From Felis catus (lineage: Eukaryota), in the NCBI RefSeq assembly GCF_018350175.1, contig NC_058368.1, forward strand, positions 212,786,001 to 212,850,000: 64,000 nt of DNA, written 5' to 3'. The position numbers and the translations under genes were made by a program. The notes beneath the pieces are model-generated. The model saw only the letters and a list, made by a program, of their open reading frames with translations. It ran no database searches and was not told the origin of the DNA. Of this stretch, positions 12,577-25,856 are shown piece by piece (within the stretch, counting starts at the first letter, position 1; each line of letters starts with the position of its first letter).

Positions 12577-13716
12577 CTAAGTGACAGACTTTATTATTTT
12601 TAAATAAGCAACTCTGCATTACTAATTCCTATTAATCTTATAGTTATAAAGGATCTTGGAGCTTTCCTTTTCCATCTCAAACTATAATATTCAGTCTATC
12701 TCTGATATGAATTCAGTTTCACACTGTCTTAGACTCAGGGTCTGGAGTTCTTTCTTGTCCAGCAAGAAAATGGGACACAGGATTAAAAATGTGAGAGATG
12801 GCTAATGTCCGGGAGAAGACAAGAGCCCCAATTAAGGGTACTTGCTCCGTTTTTATTAGGATCAGAAGTCTTACAAACATGGTGATGGACGTGCACAAAG
12901 AGACAACGAAACTGTGAACATTAACTCATGGATGTGAGAGAAAGGGAGTTTTGAAGATATGTGGGGTTAGGGGTTTGGGTTAATACAAAACAAAATCCTG
13001 GTGCTGGTGGAGGTTGTTTATAGCAGATGTGAGGCACCACCTCTGTTTACCTAAACTGGTCCAGGGGATAAGAAAGACAGAGCATGCTACCTCAGGGTCA
13101 ACAAGGCACCTTTCTTTTGCTAAGTAGCTCCATTCTGGGCAACTTCACCCTGCAGGGGTCTAGAGCCCTATTTACCTGCTTACCTAATTTGGTCCTTCCT
13201 TCCTGTGAAAGCAGCTTTCTGCTATAGTACTAAATTGGGGGCGTTTCTGCCCTAAATACCTAATCTTGTTTACCTCATAAACCTTTGTTCTATATTGGGG
13301 CCTTTGCCTTAACCTTATCTATACTGGGGCCTTGGCCCCACCGTCTCTATACTGAGGCCTTGGCCCTGCCCTCTCTATACCTATTTACCTAATCTTGTTT
13401 ACCCAAACTTGGGTGTGAACATCCTATGGCTTTCTAATTCTTTAAGCCTTGTTAACCCATTGGTGTAAGCCCAGGGAATTCCTAAGCTTATTCCCCACAT
13501 CACACAACTAAATGTTAATCACTTCCCTAATTTACTCTGAGTGTACTCAATTTAAATACTGGCCCCAACAATTAATTTATCTGGCAGATTCTGAGAAAAA
13601 GAATTTAGAGCCAAGAACTATTTAGGCAAGACATCTCCTTTGATGATTTTTCTGTAGCTTCTTGTGTTTTTCAAATACTCCCATAGAAGTCCCATAGAAA
13701 GAGGATTACAATGATT
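12577..13716 (-). pseudogene. Fossil exon split by ERVK-like solo LTR (alternative acceptor at 13590)
   Basis: ...NLPDKLIVGASI*IEYTQSKLGK*LTFSCV [LTR] KLNSYQR*TEYYSLRWKRKAPRSFITIRLIGISNAELLI...; donor TAG|GTATAT, phase 2. Confidence 0.5.
12725..13499 (-). mobile_element. Solo LTR of an ERVK/class II-like endogenous retrovirus
   Basis: TG...CA ends (minus-strand start TGTGGGGAATAAG), exact 6-bp TSD TCACAC at 12719-12724 and 13500-13505, minus-strand AATAAA near 12855, tandem repeats in presumed U3. Confidence 0.85.
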
Positions 13717-14119
13717 CTGTCCCATGAAAGTGGAAATGTCTGGGGTAGCCTGTCCAGACTTTTGTCACATCCTCCTCTTCTCTAACACCTTCTTTGTCTA
13801 TTGTCTAGAATTTAAAGCCCATGTTCTTTAGCCCAATATTCAAAATCTCCATTCTAAACCTACTTCCTCCTCTCCACTACAAACACTCACAAACTCATGC
13901 TGGGAGCTTGCCTACCAAGTTAAGTGCATTCCCATCCTTGTGTCTTCAAGCCAGTCTCTGTACCTGAAATGCTCTCTTCCCTCCTGATCTACCTAAATTC
14001 TGCTTACTTTCCTTCCACAGCCCTTCTAGAACCTTCCTCTTCATGAAGATTTCCAGGCCACCATGAGCCCTTCCTCCTTCTGTGTCCTCATAGCACTTCA
14101 CTACTCAGTACAATCCATA

Positions 14120-14205
14120 GACCAGAATCTCCTGGGAGCTGTTTGGAAATGCAGAAACCCCACTCAGAATACCAATTAGAAGCTGTGTTTTAGCAAGATC
14201 CCCAG
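14120..14205. mobile_element. MER5-like fragment
   Basis: CAGAATCTCCTGGGAGCTGTTTGGAAATGCAGA...TTTTAGCAAGATCCCCAG. Confidence 0.55.
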
Positions 14206-15920
14206 ATCTACCTTAATGGTATTGCTTACTTTATTGCATTCAACTGTTTGATTTCCAAATGGACATTATACCTTGTGTAAATATATTTATAGTTCTTCAG
14301 CCTCTTTCAAAGCAAATTTGGAGTCAATTAACAAAAATAGTTTGAGGAGAGGAGTAAAGATGGTTGAGAAGTAGGGGGACTCTAGGCTTTCCTCATCCCT
14401 CAAATGCAGCTGTATTGAAGTCAGATCACTTGGAACACACAGGAAATATATCTGCAGACTGGCAGAAGGATCTCCACAGTTGGAAGGAGACAGTTTGGAA
14501 GGTGCAAGGTGCATGGAAGTGAATTGGGGGAAATAAAAATGGCAGTGCTGTGGAGGAGAGGGAACCCTTTCTGTGGAGACACAAAAAAAAGAGAAAAAAG
14601 AGGGGTTAAGAAAGTACAACATTGAATTAGCACAAGAGGAAAACCTCTGGACCACGGACTGGGGGATGAGAAATACCGAGTGTCCCAGTTCTTTTTTGCA
14701 AACAGCATTTGGAGCTCGAACTCGGAGGCTTTGGAAGTGTGTGACTTTCTCTGGAGTGGAGCTGGGGGGAGCACTCCTGTGGAGGAGGGAGCTGACCCCA
14801 GAGTGCATAGGATAGTGTAGGGATCTCCAGAGCACACTGGGAGAGACCATTCCCCTTCCTGGAGTACTTTTAGAAGAGGGCTTATTGCCTTCCCAAGGAC
14901 AAAAGACCCTGAAGGTGCCAGCAAAAGGCCTTTCATCAGCAGGGTGGAGAGTCTCTGCTCTAGAGGAGGGGAGTCGATCCACATGGTGCCAGGTCCTTTA
15001 AGACTTTGAGTTTTGAATACCAGCCATGCACTGAAGAAAGAACTCAGGAGAGTTGTGCAGGGTGTGCTGACTGCCCTCACTATTCTTTGAGGGCTGCCTG
15101 AACAGTGAGGAGGGGAGTGAGATCCCCAATCCTGGGATGAGATATTGGCGCCATTTTCTCCCTGACACCAACATGGTGGGACTCCAGTGGAGGCAGGATC
15201 TGCTTACACACAACCCCCCATCCCCATGCCTGGCAACTATTACTTACTGAGGCAAGACTGACTCTGAGCCAACACAGCAGGCCTCTCCTCCAGAAGACCA
15301 GCACAGCCAGCAACCCCCATGTACCAAGTACACTAAAAATCCAGTGCCTCAAAATGACATCGACAATTCTTTTTCCGTTTTTTCTTTCTTCTTCTTTTTT
15401 TCTTTTGGAATCAGAGTCATAGTTTCTTATTTGTTTGTTTGTTTGTTCCTTTACTCTCTCTCTCTCTTTTTTGGATCAGGCTTTTTTACTCTTCTTTTTC
15501 ATTCTGTTTTCTTTTCTTCTTTTTTCCCCTTCTTTGGAATCAGCCTTATACTTTTTTTTTATTCTGTTTCTTTTTTATTGTTTTTCTTCCCTTTCCTTTT
15601 TCTTTGGGATGAAGCTTCCCACACACACACTTTTTTTTTTCCAGAGTTACTTCAATAAACAAATCAAAATACACCTAGTGAAAGGTCGAAACACTCCACC
15701 ACTGCAAGCAAGGAGAAGCTCTGCATAGGACTGACCAGTAGGAAAGAGCAGCCAAACCACAACAGCAGAGTGCACACAGCATACAACAGAAACACTTCCT
15801 GAAGTTCTAGGCCCTGGATAATGTATGACCCCTTTTTAAAATAGCAGTACTTCATACTGCTAGTACTTCATACTCAGGTGCAGGAAACATAACAAGCTTT
15901 TAAAACACACAAAAGACAGA

Positions 15921-16045
15921 GGCACTTGGGTGGCTCAGTTGCTTAAGTGTCTAGCTCTTGGTTTCAGCTCAGGTCATGATCTCATGGTTTCATGAGTTTG
16001 AGCCCCACATTGGGCTTCATACTGACAGTGTGGAGCCTACTTGGG

Positions 16046-16095
<50 letters not shown>

Positions 16096-16190
16096 CCTAT
16101 CTCTGCCCCTTCCCCACTTGTGCTGTCTCTGTCTCTCTCAAAATAAATAAATAAACCTAAAAAAATTTTTAAATAAAAAAATTAAAATTA
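15921..16190 (+). mobile_element. Can-SINE inside L1
   Basis: TSD ACACACAAAAGACAGA on both sides. Confidence 0.95.
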
Positions 16191-17471
16191 AACACACACA
16201 CACACACAAAAGACAGAAACTTAGCCAAAATGACAAGACAGAGGAATTTTCCCCAAAAGAAAGGTCAAGAAGAAATCACAGTCAGGGTCTTGCTAAAACA
16301 GATATAAGCAATATATCTGAACAAGACTTTAGAACAGCAGTAATGTCATAAGTCACACTATTTGGGCTTTAAAAAGGCATAGAAGACACCAGAGAAACCC
16401 TTTCTGCAGAGATCAAAGACCTAAGAACTAGTCAGGATGAAATAAAAAAATTCTAAAACTGAGATGCAAAACAAATTGGATGCAGGAACAATGAGGATTG
16501 AGGAAACAGAGGAGAGAATAGGTGAAATAGATGATAAAATTATGGAAAATAGTGGAGCTGAGAAAAAGAGGAAAAGGAAATTATTAGATCATGAGGGGAG
16601 ACTTAGAGAACTGATTCCATGAAAGAAAAACAAAATCCATATCATAGGAGTCTCAGAAGAAGAAGACTGGGAAAAGGGGGCAGAAGGTTTATTTGAACAA
16701 ATCATACCTGAGAACTTCCCTAATGTGGGGAAGGAAACAGGCATTCAAGTCCAAGAGGCACAGAGAATTCCCCTCAAAATCAACAAAAATATGTCAACAC
16801 CATGACATATCATAGTAAAACTTGCAAAATAAAATCAAGAGAGAATTCTGAAAGTAGCTAGGGACAAAATTTCCTTAACTTACAAGGGTAGAACATAAAG
16901 TTAGTAGCAGACCTGTCCACTGAAATTCGGCAGGCTGGAAGGTAGTGGCAGGAAATAGTCAATGTGCTGAATGGGGAAAATATGCACCAAGAATTCTTAT
17001 CCAGGAAGGCTGTCATTCAGAATGGAAGGACATTCAGAATGGAAGTGTTGCCCAGATAAACAAAAACTGAAGGAGTTCATGACCATGAAACCAGCCCTGC
17101 AAGAAATTTTAAGGGGAACTCTGAGTGAGGGGGAAAAAAAAAAGACCAAAGCAACAAAGACTACAAAATACCAGTGAACATGACCAGGAACACCAACTCT
17201 ACAGGTAACACAAAGACACTAAATTCATATCTTTCCATAATCACTCTGAATTGTAAATAGACTAAATGCTCCAACAAAAGACATAGGGTATCACAATGGA
17301 TAAGAAAACAAGAGCCATCTATATGCTGCCTACAAGAGACTCATTTTAGACCTATAGACAACTGATTATTGAAAGTGAGGGAATGGAGAACCATCTATCA
17401 TGCTAATGGAGGTCAAAAAAAAGCCAGAGTAGCCATACTTATATCAAACTAGATTTTGAAATAAAGACTGT

Positions 17472-17683
17472 CAGGGTGCCTACATGATTTGGTCAGCTGA
17501 GCGTCTGACTTTTGATTTCAGCTCAGGTCATGATCCCAGTGTCATGGGATTGAGCCCTGCATCAGGCTCTGCACTGAACATGGAACCTGCTGAAGATTCT
17601 CTTTCTCTCTCTCTGTCTGCCCCTCTCCCCAACCCACGTGCACTCTCTCAAAAAAAAAAAAAAAAAAAAAACTTAGAGAAAAT
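17472..17683 (+). mobile_element. Can-SINE inside L1 ORF2
   Basis: TSD TGAAATAAAGACTGT at 17457-17471 and 17684-17698. Confidence 0.9.
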
Positions 17684-20600
17684 TGAAATAAAGACTGTAA
17701 CAAGAGATGAAGAAGGGAATTATATCATAATTAAGGGTCTACCCATCAAGAAGATCTAACAATTATAAATATTTATACCCCCCAACTTGAGACACCAAAA
17801 TATATTAATCAATGAATAACAAACATAAAGAAACTCATTGATAATAATACCATAACAGTAGGAGTCAGGAATATCTCACTTACAACAATGGGCAGACAAC
17901 CAAGGCAGAAAATCAACAAGAAAACAATAGCTTTGAATGGCACACTGGACCAGATGGACTTAACAGGTATATTCAGAACATTTTATCCTAAAGCAGCAGA
18001 ATACACATTCTTCTCCAGTGCACATGGAATACTGTCCAGAAAAGATCACATACTGGGTCATGAATCAGCCCTCAACAAGTACAAAATGATTGAGATCATA
18101 CCAATATTTTCCGATCACAACACTATGGAATTTGAAATCAACTATAAGAAAAAATTTAGAAAGTCCTCAAAAACATGGAAGTTAAAGAACACCCTATTAC
18201 AGAATGAAGGGGTCACCAGGAAATTAAAGAAGAAATTTAAAAATACATGGAAGCAAATGAAAATGGAAACATGACAGCCCAAACCCTTTGGGATACAACA
18301 AAGGCATTCCTACGAGGAAAGTACATTCCAATTCAGGCCTATCTCAAGAAGCAAGAAATGGCCCAAATATACAACCTAACCTTACACTGAAAGGAGGTAG
18401 AAAAGGAACAGCAAATAAAGCCTAAAGACAGCAGAAGGGAAATAATAACAACTAGAGCAGAAATAAAAGATATAGAAACAAACAAACAGAAGAACAGATC
18501 AATGAAACTAAAAGCTGATTCTTTGAAGGAATAAACAATACTGATAAACCCCTAACCAGACTTATCAAAAACAAAGGAGAGAGAATGCAAAGAGAAAATC
18601 ACACATGAAAGAGGAGAGATCACAACCAACACCAGAGAAATACAAACAATTATAAGAGAATACTATGAAAAATTATATTCCAGCAAACTGGGCAATAAGG
18701 AAAAAACAGACAAATTCTTAGAAACTCACATACAACCAAAACTGAAACAGGAAAAAATAGGATATTTGAACAGGCCCATAACCAGCAAAGAAGTTGAATC
18801 AGTTATCAAAAATCTCCCAACAAACAAGAGTCCTAAGCAAGATGGCTTCCCATAGGAATTCTACCAGATATTTAAGGAAGAGTTAATACCTATTCTTCTC
18901 AAACTATTCCAAAAAATAGAAATGGAAGGAAAGCTTTAAACTCATGCTATGAAGCCAGCATTACTTTAATTCCAAAACCAGAGATACCACAAAAAGGAAA
19001 ATTACAGGCCAATATCCCTGATGAACATGGATGCAAAAAATCCTAACAAAATACTAGCAAATTGAATCCAACAGTACATTAAAAGAATTATTCACCACAA
19101 TCAAGTGGGATTTATTCCTGGGCTACAGGGCTGGTTCAATATTTTCAAATCATCAATATGATATACCGCATTAATAAAAGATGATAAGAACCATATGATC
19201 CTCTCAATAGATGCAGAAAAAGCATTTGACAAAAATGCAGCATGCTTTCTTGATAAAAACCCTCAAGAAACTAGGGATAGATAGACATACTTCAACATCA
19301 CAAAGGCCATATATGAAAGACCCACAGGTAATATCCTTGATGGGGAAAAACTGAGAGCTTTGCCCCTAAGGTCAGGAATATGACAAGAATGTCCATTCTC
19401 ACCACTGTTGTTCAACACAGTACTGGAAGTCCTAGCCTCAACAATCAGACAACCAAAAGAAAAAAAAAAGGCACTCAAATTGACAAAGAAGTCAAACTTC
19501 CACTCTACATAGATGGCATGATATTCTACGTGAAAAACCCAAAAGACTCCACCAAAAAGCTGCCAGAACTGATACATGAATTCAGAAAAGGCACAGGAAA
19601 TAAAATCAACATACAGAAATCGGTTGCATTTCTATACACCAATAAGGAAGCAGCAGAAAGAGAAATCAAGGAATTTACATTTACAATTGCACCAACCATA
19701 AGATACCTAGGAATAAACCTAACCAAAGAGGTAAAAGATTTGTACGCTGAAAACTGTAGAAAGCTTAAGAAAGAAATTGAAGAAGACACAAAGAAATGCA
19801 AAGACATTCCATGCCCATGGATTGGAAGAATAAATATTGTTAAAATGTCTGTACTATCCAAAGCAATCTATACATTCAGTGCAATTCCTATCAAAATAAC
19901 ACCAGCATTCTTCAGAGATAGAATAAACAATTCTAAAATTTGTATAGAAAAGACCCTGGATAGCCAAAGTAATCTTGAAAAAGAAAACCAAAGCTGGAAA
20001 CATCACAATTCTGGACTTCAAGCTGTATTACAAAGCTGTAACCTTCAAGACAGTATAGTACTGGCACAAAAACAGACACATAGATCAATAAAACAGAATA
20101 GAGAACCCAGAAATTGACCCACAATGGATGGCCAACTAATCTTCAATAGGGCAGGAAGGAATATCCAGTGGGAAAAAAAAAACAGTCTCTTCAGCAAATG
20201 GTGTTGGGAAAACTGGACAGCGACATGCAGAAAAATAAAACTGGACCACTTTCTTACACCATACACAAAAATAAATTCAAAATGGATGAAAGAACTAAAT
20301 GTGAGATAGGAAGCCATCAAAATACTAAAGGAGACAATAGGGAGCAACCTCTTTGACCTAGGCCACAACAATTTCTTACCAGACACATCTCTGGAGGCAA
20401 GGGAAATAAAAGCAAAAATGAACTATTGGGACCTCATCAAGATAAAAAGCTTCTGCACAATGAAGGAAACAATCAACAAAACTAAAAGACAACCAACAGA
20501 ATTGGAGATGTTTGGAAATGACACATCTGATAAAGGGTTAGTATCCAAAATCTATGAAGAATTTATCAAACTCAATAGCCAAAAAACAATCCAGTGAAGA

Positions 20601-22208
20601 AATGGGGAAAACACATGAATAGATACCTTTCCAAAGAAGATATCCAGATGCCTAACAGACACATGAAAAGATGTTCAACATCACTCATCATCAGAGAAGT
20701 ACAAATCAAAACCACAATGAGATACCACCTTATACTTGTTAGAATGGTTAAAATTAACAACTCAAGAAACAACAATGTTGGCAAAGATACAGAGAAAGGG
20801 GAACACTTGCACTGTTGGTGGGAATGCAAACTGGTGCAGCACTCTGGAAAACAGTATGGAGGTTCCTCAAAAAATTACAAATAGAATAACCTTGTGACCT
20901 AGCAATTGCACTACTAGGTATTTATCCAAAGGATACAAAAATGCTGATTCAAAGGGGCACATGCACCCCAATGTTTATAGCAGTGCTATCAACAATAGGC
21001 AAATTATGGAAAGAGCCCAAATGTCCATTGACTGATGAATGAATAAAGAAGATACAATAAAATACTACTCAGCCATCAAAAAGAATGAAATCATGCTATT
21101 TGCAACAACATGAATGGAACTAGAGTGTATTATGCTAAGCAAAATAAGTCAGTCAGAGAAAGACAAATATATGGTTTCACTTATATGTGGAATTTAAGAA
21201 ACAATCCAGAGGAACATCAGGGAAGGGAAGGGAAAATAATATAAAAACAGTGAGAGAGGCAAACTATAAGAGATTCTTAAATACCAAGAACGAACAGGGT
21301 TTCTGGAGGGGAGGGGAGGGGTGTGGGCTAAATGGGTGATGGCTAATAAATGGGTAAGGAGGGCACTTGGTGGTATGAGCACCGGGTGTTATATGGAAGT
21401 GATGAATCACTGGGTTTTACTACTGAAACCAACACTACACTGTATGTTATCTATCTTGAATTTAAATAAATAAATTTTTAAAAAACAAAATCATGTGAAG
21501 ATGTTAAAAAAAAACAAATATAATTTCAACATCCATGTACTAGGAAATGAGCCTTAGAACTTAATATCTGACAAATTTTCTCCTGCTAGAAAACACAGAA
21601 TAGGTCTCATCACATGGCATTTAAAGCTGCCACTTAAATATAGGAGGCAGAAGAGCTGCTTCCATTCTCTAGACCATTAGCCACGTGGGCTGGGCTAAAG
21701 AAAACCCACAGCCAGACGCTGAGAGTTTGGAGGTTTGAATCCATAAGGGCCTAGTCCTCAACAAAGCTTTGAAAACTAGCACATTGAGCAGCTGAGTTAT
21801 GTGGCCTCTGTCTTCCAGATTCATCTTCTCTGTCATAGGAGTTGTGTCCTTTAGAGAAAAGAACAGGAAGTGACAATGCCTGAGATGAAGCATGAGGAGC
21901 TTGGTCATTTGAAAGATTCCAAAGACATTCTTGAGGTGGTTATGCATGAGGAGGAATGATAGTGAATATGGCTTAGGCAGCAATGTTCATGATTAATTTC
22001 CCTTTGTGTGTGTGCACTTGTGTGTTTGTGCATGGGTATGTGTATATATTTTTTAACCTTTGGATATGGAAATAATTTCAAACATTTTAAAAAGCTGCAA
22101 AAATGTCACCTATTGTTAACATATTGCCCCTCTTTACTTTATCAATTATAGGTTTCTCCCTCTTTTTCTTTCTCCCTTTTTCTCTGTGTATGTGCGCACA
22201 CACACACA

Positions 22209-22249
<41 letters not shown>

Positions 22250-22397
22250 TATAAATATATAATATTTAATACATTTAATTTAAATATTTAATTTAAATAT
22301 TTAATATATAAAATATAATATTATATTTTGAGCCATTTGAAAGTAAGCTGCATACATCAAGCCCCTTTACCTCTATATACTTCAGTGTGTATTTTTA

Positions 22398-22605
22398 AAA
22401 AAATTTTTTAATGTTTATTTATTCTTGAGAGAGAGAGAGCGTGAGCAGGGGAGAGGTAGAGAGAGGGAGATGCAGAATCTGAAGCAGGCTCCAGGCTCTG
22501 AGCTGTCAGCACAGAGCCCGACGCGGGGCTCAAACTCACAAACCGTGAGATCATGACCGGAGCTGAAGTTGAACGCCTAACTGACTGAGCCACCCAGGCG
22601 CCCCT
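22398..22605 (-). mobile_element. Can-SINE
   Basis: TSD CAGTGTGTATTTTTA at 22383-22397 and 22606-22620. Confidence 0.95.
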
Positions 22606-22637
22606 CAGTGTGTATTTTTAAGAATATGAACATTCTT

Positions 22638-22878
22638 GGGGCACCTGGGTGGCACAGTCGGTTAAGCGTCCGACTTCAGCCAGGTCACGATCTCGTGGTC
22701 CGTGAGTTCGAGCCCCGCGTCAGGCTCTGGGCTGATGGCTCAGAGCCTGGAGCCTGTTTCCGATTCTGTGTCTCCCTCTCTCTCTGCCCCTCCCCCGTTC
22801 ATGCTCTGTCTCTCTCTGTCCCAAAAATAAATAAACGTTGAAAAAAAAAATTTTTAAAAAAAACTCTTTAAAAAAAAA
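22638..22878 (+). mobile_element. Young Can-SINE
   Basis: TSD AAGAATATGAACATTCTT at 22620-22637 and 22879-22896. Confidence 0.95.
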
Positions 22879-23129
22879 AAGAATATGAACATTCTTTTAT
22901 GTAACCACAGTTGCTATAACTTTAAACTTCCTAATTTTTCATAGTGATCACATCCATCTTAGCCTTGTTTCACCATTAAGATGACCACTTCCTATTTGAT
23001 TAATATCTTTAGTGTTGTTTTCATATTCTGACTCATAGGCATTTTTCACTGTGATTTACAGTTTTGAGTAAAAACGCTTCAGTATTACACCAGATTTTTC
23101 CTACAAGCTCTTGGCTCAGCTGTGTTCAC

Positions 23130-23247
23130 CTTGTCCCCTCTACCAGACCACCTCTAATAACTGGGCTGTGCTAATACAGAGCATGGAGTGGTCACTAAAA
23201 GTTTTTGCTTCATGGGCCAAATTAAAGCATTTCATCTGAAATTCATC
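23130..23247 (-). pseudogene. Fossil exon
   Basis: Acceptor TTATTTTTCTCTAATGATAACAG, donor AAG|GTGAAC; DEFQMKCFNLAHEAKTFSDHSMLCISTAQLLEVVW*RGQ, phase 0/1. Confidence 0.55.
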
Positions 23248-23396
23248 CTGTTATCATTAGAGAAAAATAAGATAATGTATTTGAGGAAAAAAATCTAGTC
23301 ATTTTTATTATGGGCTGTGTCAGGCTTTTGGCTACAGTTTTAGATTATTGTCTCTTAAGAGACAGAGATAAAAGAAGAAAGAATGGAAGAAGTTAC

Positions 23397-24152
23397 ACTC
23401 TGAAATATGCAGGGAGCTTGATTGATTTCTTAAATTAAAAGGCTAAAGCTCAACTTTTCAAATTATTAAAATAGCCTTTCTCACTTTATATATTGTTTTT
23501 AAAAATACAGTTGAGCTGATGGGACACATGGGTGGCTCAGTTGGTTAAGCAAGCGTCCAACTCTTGATTTTAACCCAGATCATGATCTCACAGTTGGTGG
23601 GATCAGGCTCTGCTTTGGGCTCTGAGAGACTCCCCATCTCTCTCCCTCTTTCTCTGCCCCCTCCCTCACTTTCTCTCTCAACATAAATAAAAAACATTTT
23701 TTAAAAAAATCTTTAAATATATATACATATATAGTTGAGCTGAGCCATAATATGCCCTTCCAAAAGAAAAAGTGTCTTAATATTCAGAAAGACCAAATTG
23801 TGCATATGACTAGTATGGCAGCTCTTTAAAAATTGGTCTGAAGGGCAATTCATGAAGTCTCTTAAGTCTTAACATAATATTATATGCCCCACTGTCATCA
23901 GTAAACATAAGTGATTTTTATTCTTTTTCACGCATGTATCCTTCTGATTCACAAAAAAAATTTCCACAAAAAAAGTCTTGTAAATATATTAGAACTAAAT
24001 TCTAATTTTATTCTCATGCATGTATGGAGACCAAGAACCAGGGAATAATTTTTTCAAACACCTGATTAGCATGTAGTGCCGAAATTTATATAAAATTTAA
24101 TGAATTCTCAGTAAAGAGGGATTCTTCCTACCATAATTCCCCATTAGGCTGC
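23397..24152 (-). pseudogene. Fossil exon split by a Can-SINE
   Basis: QPNGELW*EESLFTENSLNF...; KSLMFTDDSGAYNIMLRLKRLHELPFRPIFKELPY*...GSAQ [SINE] LYF...EINQAPCIFQS|GTAACT stays in one frame across the SINE. Confidence 0.55.
23520..23732 (+). mobile_element. Can-SINE
   Basis: TSD AGTTGAGCTGA on both sides. Confidence 0.9.
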
Positions 24153-24249
24153 CTATAAATTAGACTTATAAAGCTTTAATTAAGTTCTTAATAAGTGTAT
24201 CATCAAGACATAATCTTTGAACTTCTTTTTATATCTATACTTGATTCCT

Positions 24250-24770
24250 TGGTGGTTGTATCTAATCTCATGACTAAATACAATATATATGCTTATGACT
24301 CCCAAATTTATGTCACCAGTTCCTCCTCTGTCTCTTAAACTACTGAGCCATATATGCAACTTTCCATTTGACTCTTACATGGTATCTCAAATAATAGGTC
24401 CAAATTAAGCTTCTAGTATTTTTCCCAAATTTCCAACTACTGCAGTCTTCCTAGCTCAGTAAATGGAAGCTTTTTTCCTCCAGTACCACAGGCTAAAATC
24501 CTTTGAGCTGTCATGGACCCCATTATTTCTCTGACACTCTTCATCAGATTTATCAGAAAATCCTTGCCATCTTTGTATTCAAAATATATTCCAAATTTGA
24601 CCACTTCTTAACACATCACTGCTAACTAACACTCTAGACAAGCCATTCTCATCTTTCACCTGGATTACTGCAATAGTCACCTTACTTATCTCACTGATTC
24701 TTTCCTGGCACCACCACCACCAGTCTTTTCTGCAGAAAGAAGCCAGAGCAATCTCTTCAAAACCCAAATC
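24250..24770 (+). mobile_element. L2 fragment (upstream piece)
   Basis: ATGACTCCCAAATTTAT, CTCAGTAAATGG, CACCTGGATTACTGCAATAG motifs. Confidence 0.75.
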
Positions 24771-25856
24771 AGGACTTCTTGTTTGGGCCATGACAAAGTA
24801 GCTGGTATTGAACCTATTCTTGCTGCTATAAGTAGCCATAAAACTGGATAAAATATTTATCATTATAGTTTGCCATAAGAAATTGTACAAAGATCAACAC
24901 AGTGCTACAAACTTTAAGAGAAGGGACTCATATGAGGTGGTTTCCACCTTTTCCCTGACACTTTTCAAAGAACAGCAGTTTAGTGGGCAGATGAAACCAA
25001 GATGAAAGTTCAGAAACACTAAAGTGGCTAGGATTTGGGGGAGGGCATGGTCAGGGTACCAGAAACAAAGGAATCACAGAAAAGGAACCCCCAACAGCTG
25101 CATGGAAATTATCTGTGGGACCTTCACCTGAGTGTTGAGCCACATGTGTGCAAGGAGAGATTCCAGGAGGCCTATCAGAGAACAGCTTCTAGGATGCTGA
25201 AAGTTGGAAAAAGATTTCCAAAGTCACAGTGCTTGGGAGAAGGTAGATATCTGGCTCAGCCAGAGAGGAGAGGTTTTGCTGAATACCCTATGTTGAGATC
25301 ACAAAAAGATCATGAGCTATAAGGAATAAATTTTAAATTTTCTAGAATAATCACTAAAAGACAATACTGAAAAACATGGACAACTTGATTCTAAAAATTT
25401 TAAGGACATGCAAAGAACCAAGAATAAGACAATTTTGAAAAAAAATGAAGTTGAAGAACTTACATGATCACATTTCAAGTTTTCTTCTAAATCTACAAAA
25501 TTAAAAGAATATGGTACGAGAGAAAGATGAGATAAACAGAACAATGGAACAGAATAGAGTCTGGATATTAACTCATATACATTACCACTTGATGTATAGC
25601 AAAGGGACCATTGCAATTCAATGAAGGAAGAATAATATGTTTAATAAATAGTGTTAGAATAATAAGATATCAAAATGGGGGGAAATATGTATATCCCCCA
25701 CCACAAACCAGTTAATTCAAGATGGATCATAAACTGAACTATAAAAGCTAAACCAGTCAAGTTTCTAGAAGAAAACAGACATTTGCTTCTGGGCTAGAAA
25801 AAGAGTTCCTTATCAGGACACAAAAAGAAGTAACCATTTTTAAAAATGATAAATTT

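Larger units (their letters stand above)
14344..21512 (+). mobile_element. Full-length degenerate LINE-1
   Basis: 5' UTR, ORF1 (~16230-17150), ORF2 EN/RT/C-terminal peptides with stops and frameshifts, 3' UTR; TSD AACAAAAATAGTTT (14330-14343) / AACAAATATAATTT (21513-21526). Confidence 0.95.
14272..21585 (-). pseudogene. Fossil exon split by a full-length L1 (pieces ~21527-21585 and 14272-14343)
   Basis: Acceptor TTCTGTGTTTTCTAG, donor AAG|GTATAA; ENLSDIKF*GSFPSTWMLK [L1] LFLLIDSKFALKEAEEL*IYLHK, phase 1/0. Confidence 0.55.
22040..22910 (-). mobile_element. Ancient L1M (L1MC/MD-like) 3' fragment interrupted by AT-rich repeat and two SINEs
   Basis: GAAATAATTTCAAACAT..., GAGCCATTTGAAAGTAAGCTGCA, ACATTCTTTTATGTAACCACAG motifs. 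Confidence 0.55.

Noticed and set aside
14287..15080. Overlapping 231-aa and 219-aa minus-strand ORFs
   Set aside because: Antisense to the GC-richer L1 5' UTR with no recognisable domain. Only the last ~19 codons of the 231-aa ORF run into the fossil exon.
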